From a bacterium (GTDB lineage: Bacteria; SZUA-182; DTGQ01; JAFGSM01), in the NCBI GenBank assembly GCA_049472315.1, contig JBLIRN010000050.1:1-18917 (forward strand): a stretch of 18,917 bases of DNA. Reading direction: 5' to 3'. The translations under genes were made by a program, and so were the position numbers. The notes under the pieces were generated by a model, which was not told the DNA's origin, did no database searches, and worked only from the letters and a program-made list of their open reading frames with translations. Shown piece by piece: positions 15,968 to 18,917 of the stretch. Position 1 is the first letter of the stretch. Each line of letters opens with the position of its first letter.

Positions 15968-16119
15968 AAGTAACAGCTCAATACGTTGTTGAAGAAGGTG
16001 CATCCTTCTACCTATTAACTATTGAGCAATTGCCTCCTTAAGATGCCGAACAGGGATCACCGGGCTCTCTGTTCACGCCCTCCGGCCGTAAGGTTCAAGA
16101 TTTTCATTGTTGTTTCATA

Positions 16120-16148
16120 TTGACGGATAAGGTGTCCGGGGATATATT
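16120..16148 (+). promoter_or_regulatory. Sigma70-type promoter of the DUF362 gene
   Basis: TTGACG (16120-16125), 17 nt spacer, TATATT (16143-16148). Confidence 0.65.
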
Positions 16149-16251
16149 TGTAGAGAGAGGCGTTAGTGGATTTTTCCCGGGGAGAGGCGCCTTTGATCGG
16201 GTATACTTGATTGACTGTATTAAGCAGGCAAAGGGGAGGTGAGCTTCACCT

Positions 16252-17271
16252 GTGGCGGGGTTGAGGAGGAGGGATTTCCTGAAACTCTCCGGTGCTGCCG
16301 GCGGTGTCCTCCTGATGGGCACCTATGAAGAGATGGCCAAGGGGAGCATGCAGGCCGATGTATCGCCGGACAAGGAGAAGGTGCCTGTAACACTGGTGAG
16401 GTGCGAGGATCGCCGCACAGGCGTTGCATCCTCCATCAAGGCGCTCGGCATTAACCCGGCAAAGAACAAACATGTCCTGATCAAGCCCAATTTCAACACC
16501 GCAGATCCCGCACCCGGTTCAACCCATAACGATACCCTGGCAGCCCTTGTTGAGGAGGTCTGGAAGATGGGTGCAAAGGGGGTGAGCCTGGGAGAGCGCA
16601 GCTATCCACCGACCCGTCGTGTCATGGAGGAAAAGGGTATCCTTCCCCTCATGAAGAAGCTGGATGTGCGGGTCATCGACTTCGATGAACTGGAGGAGAG
16701 GGATTGGGTGAAGGTCAAGCCCAAGGATTCCCACTGGGAGGGTGGGTTCCGCATCGCACGCCCTGTGCTTGATGCGGAGTGCCTTGTTTCCACCTGCTGC
16801 CTCAAGACGCATCAGTTCGGAGGGGTCTTCACCATGTCGCTGAAACTCCATGTGGGTGTGGTCCCGACGCGCCGTCATGGGTACGACTACATGACGCAGC
16901 TCCACAGCTCCCCCCACCAGCGTAAAATGATTGCAGAGATAAACGCCCCGTTCACGCCCGATCTTATTGTCATGGATGGCATAGAGGCATTTGTGGATGG
17001 AGGGCCCATGGATGGAAGGCGTGCCCAGGGGAATGTCTTTCTCGCCTCCGCTGACCGGGTGGCCATCGATGCGGTGGGGCTTGCCGTCCTGAAGCTTCTG
17101 GGGAGCAATGACCAGATCATGAAACGGAAGATCTTCGAGCAGGAGCAGATTGCCAGGGCAGTGGATATCGGCCTGGGGGCATCCTCCCCCTCCGCGATCG
17201 ACGTGGTCCCTGCCAATGATGAAAGCCGCGCATACCGGGAGCGGGTGGTCAAGGTATTGAACGAGGGGTGA
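16252..17271 (+). CDS. DUF362 domain-containing protein with a twin-arginine (Tat) signal, 339 aa
   Basis: N-terminal LRRRDFLK plus a hydrophobic stretch. DUF362 motifs VLIKPNFN, LKTH, FTMSLK, PDLIVMDGIEAFVDGGP and ASADRVAIDAVG. GTG start with GGGGAGG upstream. Confidence 0.85.
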   Translation: MAGLRRRDFLKLSGAAGGVLLMGTYEEMAKGSMQADVSPDKEKVPVTLVRCEDRRTGVASSIKALGINPAKNKHVLIKPNFNTADPAPGSTHNDTLAALVEEVWKMGAKGVSLGERSYPPTRRVMEEKGILPLMKKLDVRVIDFDELEERDWVKVKPKDSHWEGGFRIARPVLDAECLVSTCCLKTHQFGGVFTMSLKLHVGVVPTRRHGYDYMTQLHSSPHQRKMIAEINAPFTPDLIVMDGIEAFVDGGPMDGRRAQGNVFLASADRVAIDAVGLAVLKLLGSNDQIMKRKIFEQEQIARAVDIGLGASSPSAIDVVPANDESRAYRERVVKVLNEG

Positions 17272-17382
17272 ACAGTGTCCGTCAACCAAGCGATATCGGA
17301 AAAACATAGGACACAACCTTTCCTGCATTATTGATCAGTGAATGCGGGGCAATGAGAAATCCAATGAACGAGGGGATGCAGC

Positions 17383-18399
17383 ATGGCATACAATTTCAAG
17401 AACCTGGTCTTTGAAGGCGGGGGTGTCAAGGGGATCGCGTATGTGGGTGCAATGGGGGCATTGTTGGAACGGGGCATTCTACAAGACATCGTGCGCGTCG
17501 GTGGCACCTCCGCAGGTGCCATCACTGCAATCCTGGTCGGGCTCAACTACTCGGTCGAAGAAATGCGGGAGGTCCTCTGGCGGCTCGATTTCAACAACTT
17601 CATGGACGATTCCTGGGGGGTGATCAGGGATTCAAAGCGGCTCATCAAGGAATTCGGCTGGTACCAGGGCGATTTCTTCAGGAATTGGATCGGACGCATC
17701 ATAGAGGCGAAAACAGGGAACAGCGAATCCACCTTCGCGGATGTGTACGCACAAAAATTGAGCAATGGTTTCAAGGACTTGTATTTTATGGGTACCAACC
17801 TCTCCACCAGATTCAGCGAGATTTTCTCCTATGAGCATACCCCGCGGATATGTATTGCGGATGCTGCCAGGATATCCATGTCCATCCCCCTCTTTTTTGC
17901 GGCAAAGCGCAACTTCAGGGGGGATGTATATGTGGATGGCGGCGTTCTGGTCAACTATCCCATCAAGCTCTTTGACAGGGAGAAATACGTCAAAAGGGGT
18001 GGACGCAGAACAGTCTACTATGATGCCCACAATCAGGAACTGGTTGCCTCGAGCAGGCGCATCAGCAATTATATCTACAACAAGGAGACGCTCGGGTTCC
18101 GCCTTGATTCGGCAAAGGAGATCGCCGTATTCAGGGACCAGGCAGAGCCTCAGATCTCCCACGTGGATGATTTCTTCTCCTATGCATGGGCCCTCGTTGA
18201 AACCATACTGGAATTTCAGCAGAGCATCCATCTGCACGACGATGACTGGCAGCGCACTGTCTATATAGACACCCTGGGGGTGAAGACAACGGACTTCGAC
18301 CTGGCCGACGACATGAAGAACAGGCTGGTGGAGTCGGGCCGCAATGGTGTGGAGCAGTATTTCGAATGGTTCGATTCGAGCACTCCGGCGAACAAGTAA
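17383..18399 (+). CDS. Patatin-like phospholipase (ExoU/VipD-like stand-alone subgroup), 338 aa
   Basis: Oxyanion motif NLVFEGGGVKG, nucleophile elbow GTSAG, RISMSIPLFF and catalytic YVDGG. GAGGGG RBS; no signal peptide evident. Confidence 0.92.
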   Translation: MAYNFKNLVFEGGGVKGIAYVGAMGALLERGILQDIVRVGGTSAGAITAILVGLNYSVEEMREVLWRLDFNNFMDDSWGVIRDSKRLIKEFGWYQGDFFRNWIGRIIEAKTGNSESTFADVYAQKLSNGFKDLYFMGTNLSTRFSEIFSYEHTPRICIADAARISMSIPLFFAAKRNFRGDVYVDGGVLVNYPIKLFDREKYVKRGGRRTVYYDAHNQELVASSRRISNYIYNKETLGFRLDSAKEIAVFRDQAEPQISHVDDFFSYAWALVETILEFQQSIHLHDDDWQRTVYIDTLGVKTTDFDLADDMKNRLVESGRNGVEQYFEWFDSSTPANK

Positions 18400-18776
18400 T
18401 GACGCACGAGCAATGTGATTCTATCCCCCATTCGAGCCCAGGAGTTGTGAATCCTGCTATCATATGCCATGCGGATGCCTTGCCTTGGTTTCAATGCCCG
18501 AATAATCGGTGGATTGAATGAATACAGGGATCCAATAGATTCCGTTGAAGAACCTGTTCTGTACGTCCCCAATTTTGTAGTATATATATATCAGGAAAAG
18601 ATCCATCCGGTTGCGTCTATTCTATCAGATGATTGAACACTCACTGAAGCTCACGTTTCTTCGAAGACATCACAGAATTCATCATACACCGTAGATTGTG
18701 TGTTATCCGCACACATTTCCATAGATAACGGCATGTTCCTGCATTGAAGGCTATTACATTGGATGGAATCGATCCC

Positions 18777-18917
18777 ATGAAAAGGAAAAGGCTCCCCATA
18801 CATAAGATTACGCGCCCGTCCATTACGGAGGCGGTTCCGAGACAGAGGCTCTTTCGCCTGTTGGATCAGGAGAGAAAGGCGCCGGTCATCTGGGTGACCA
18901 GCCCGGCAGGATCCGGG
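18777..18917 (+). CDS. 5' fragment of a MalT-like STAND NTPase / transcriptional regulator, running off the window end
   Basis: My translation: MKRKRLPIHKITRPSITEAVPRQRLFRLLDQERKAPVIWVTSPAGSG. This fits the K..P......R.RL...L......V.WV..PAG.G(KT) N-terminus of MalT/LAL/BTAD-associated ATPases. Walker A is cut by the window edge. Not in the ORF track. Confidence 0.8.
   Translation, partial: MKRKRLPIHKITRPSITEAVPRQRLFRLLDQERKAPVIWVTSPAGSG

Noticed and set aside
15780..15970. Known riboswitch, T-box, RNase P, 6S or hammerhead identity for the structured region
   Set aside because: Only fragments resemble them (AGGGTGAAA, GGGTGGC); the required conserved cores are absent by eye. An Rfam search is still needed.
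15945..15995. Possible integron attC site (ACCTAAC ... GTT)
   Set aside because: No complementary L''/L' boxes or proper GTTRRRY partner, and no integrase or cassette array.
16155..16189. GAGAGGCG direct repeat in the DUF362 leader
   Set aside because: Only two 8-mers; not a CRISPR-like array and compatible with chance.
10172..17328. Other long antisense ORFs (10172-11029, 12185-13159, 14189-15235, 16519-17328)
   Set aside because: Each lies opposite a well-supported gene (LOG, helicase, nadE, DUF362) and has no family signature.
17321..17349. Hairpin TCCTGCATT/AATGCGGGG between DUF362 and patatin
   Set aside because: No U-tract follows on the + strand; too weak to call a terminator.
17383..18399. 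CBASS system with the patatin as CapV
   Set aside because: No CD-NTase or Cap2/Cap3 gene is adjacent in the window.
18777..18917. MalT-like protein as regulator of the malto-oligosaccharide/trehalose operon
   Set aside because: About 9 kb away with unrelated genes between; MalT-like N-termini are shared by many regulators, so there is no evidence of a link.

Overview
An 18.9 kb bacterial chromosomal segment. Gene content and style suggest a Desulfobacterota/deltaproteobacterial-type anaerobe, which is inference only. Left to right: an M50-like membrane metalloprotease and a class I SAM methyltransferase (- strand); an AT-rich type II toxin-antitoxin module (PIN/VapC plus a small antitoxin) with its own consensus promoter; a translationally coupled treZ - GH57/DUF3536 - treY glycogen-to-trehalose operon (-); a LOG-family protein (-) divergent from an Hrq1/SftH/MrfA-type DEAH helicase with DUF1998 (+); a small single-TM protein (-); an atypical NadE (-); an ~880 bp intergenic region with overlapping divergent promoters and a cluster of hairpins ending in an intrinsic-terminator-like stem; a Tat-signal DUF362 protein (+); a patatin-like phospholipase (+); and the truncated N-terminus of a MalT-like STAND ATPase (+), missing from the ORF track. 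I found no CRISPR array, tRNA, rRNA or transposase. Most genes belong to known families and I cannot support a complete new multi-gene system. The best candidate for novelty is an unannotated structured small RNA at ~15800-15967, followed by several regulatory palindromes and the orphan NadE paralogue.
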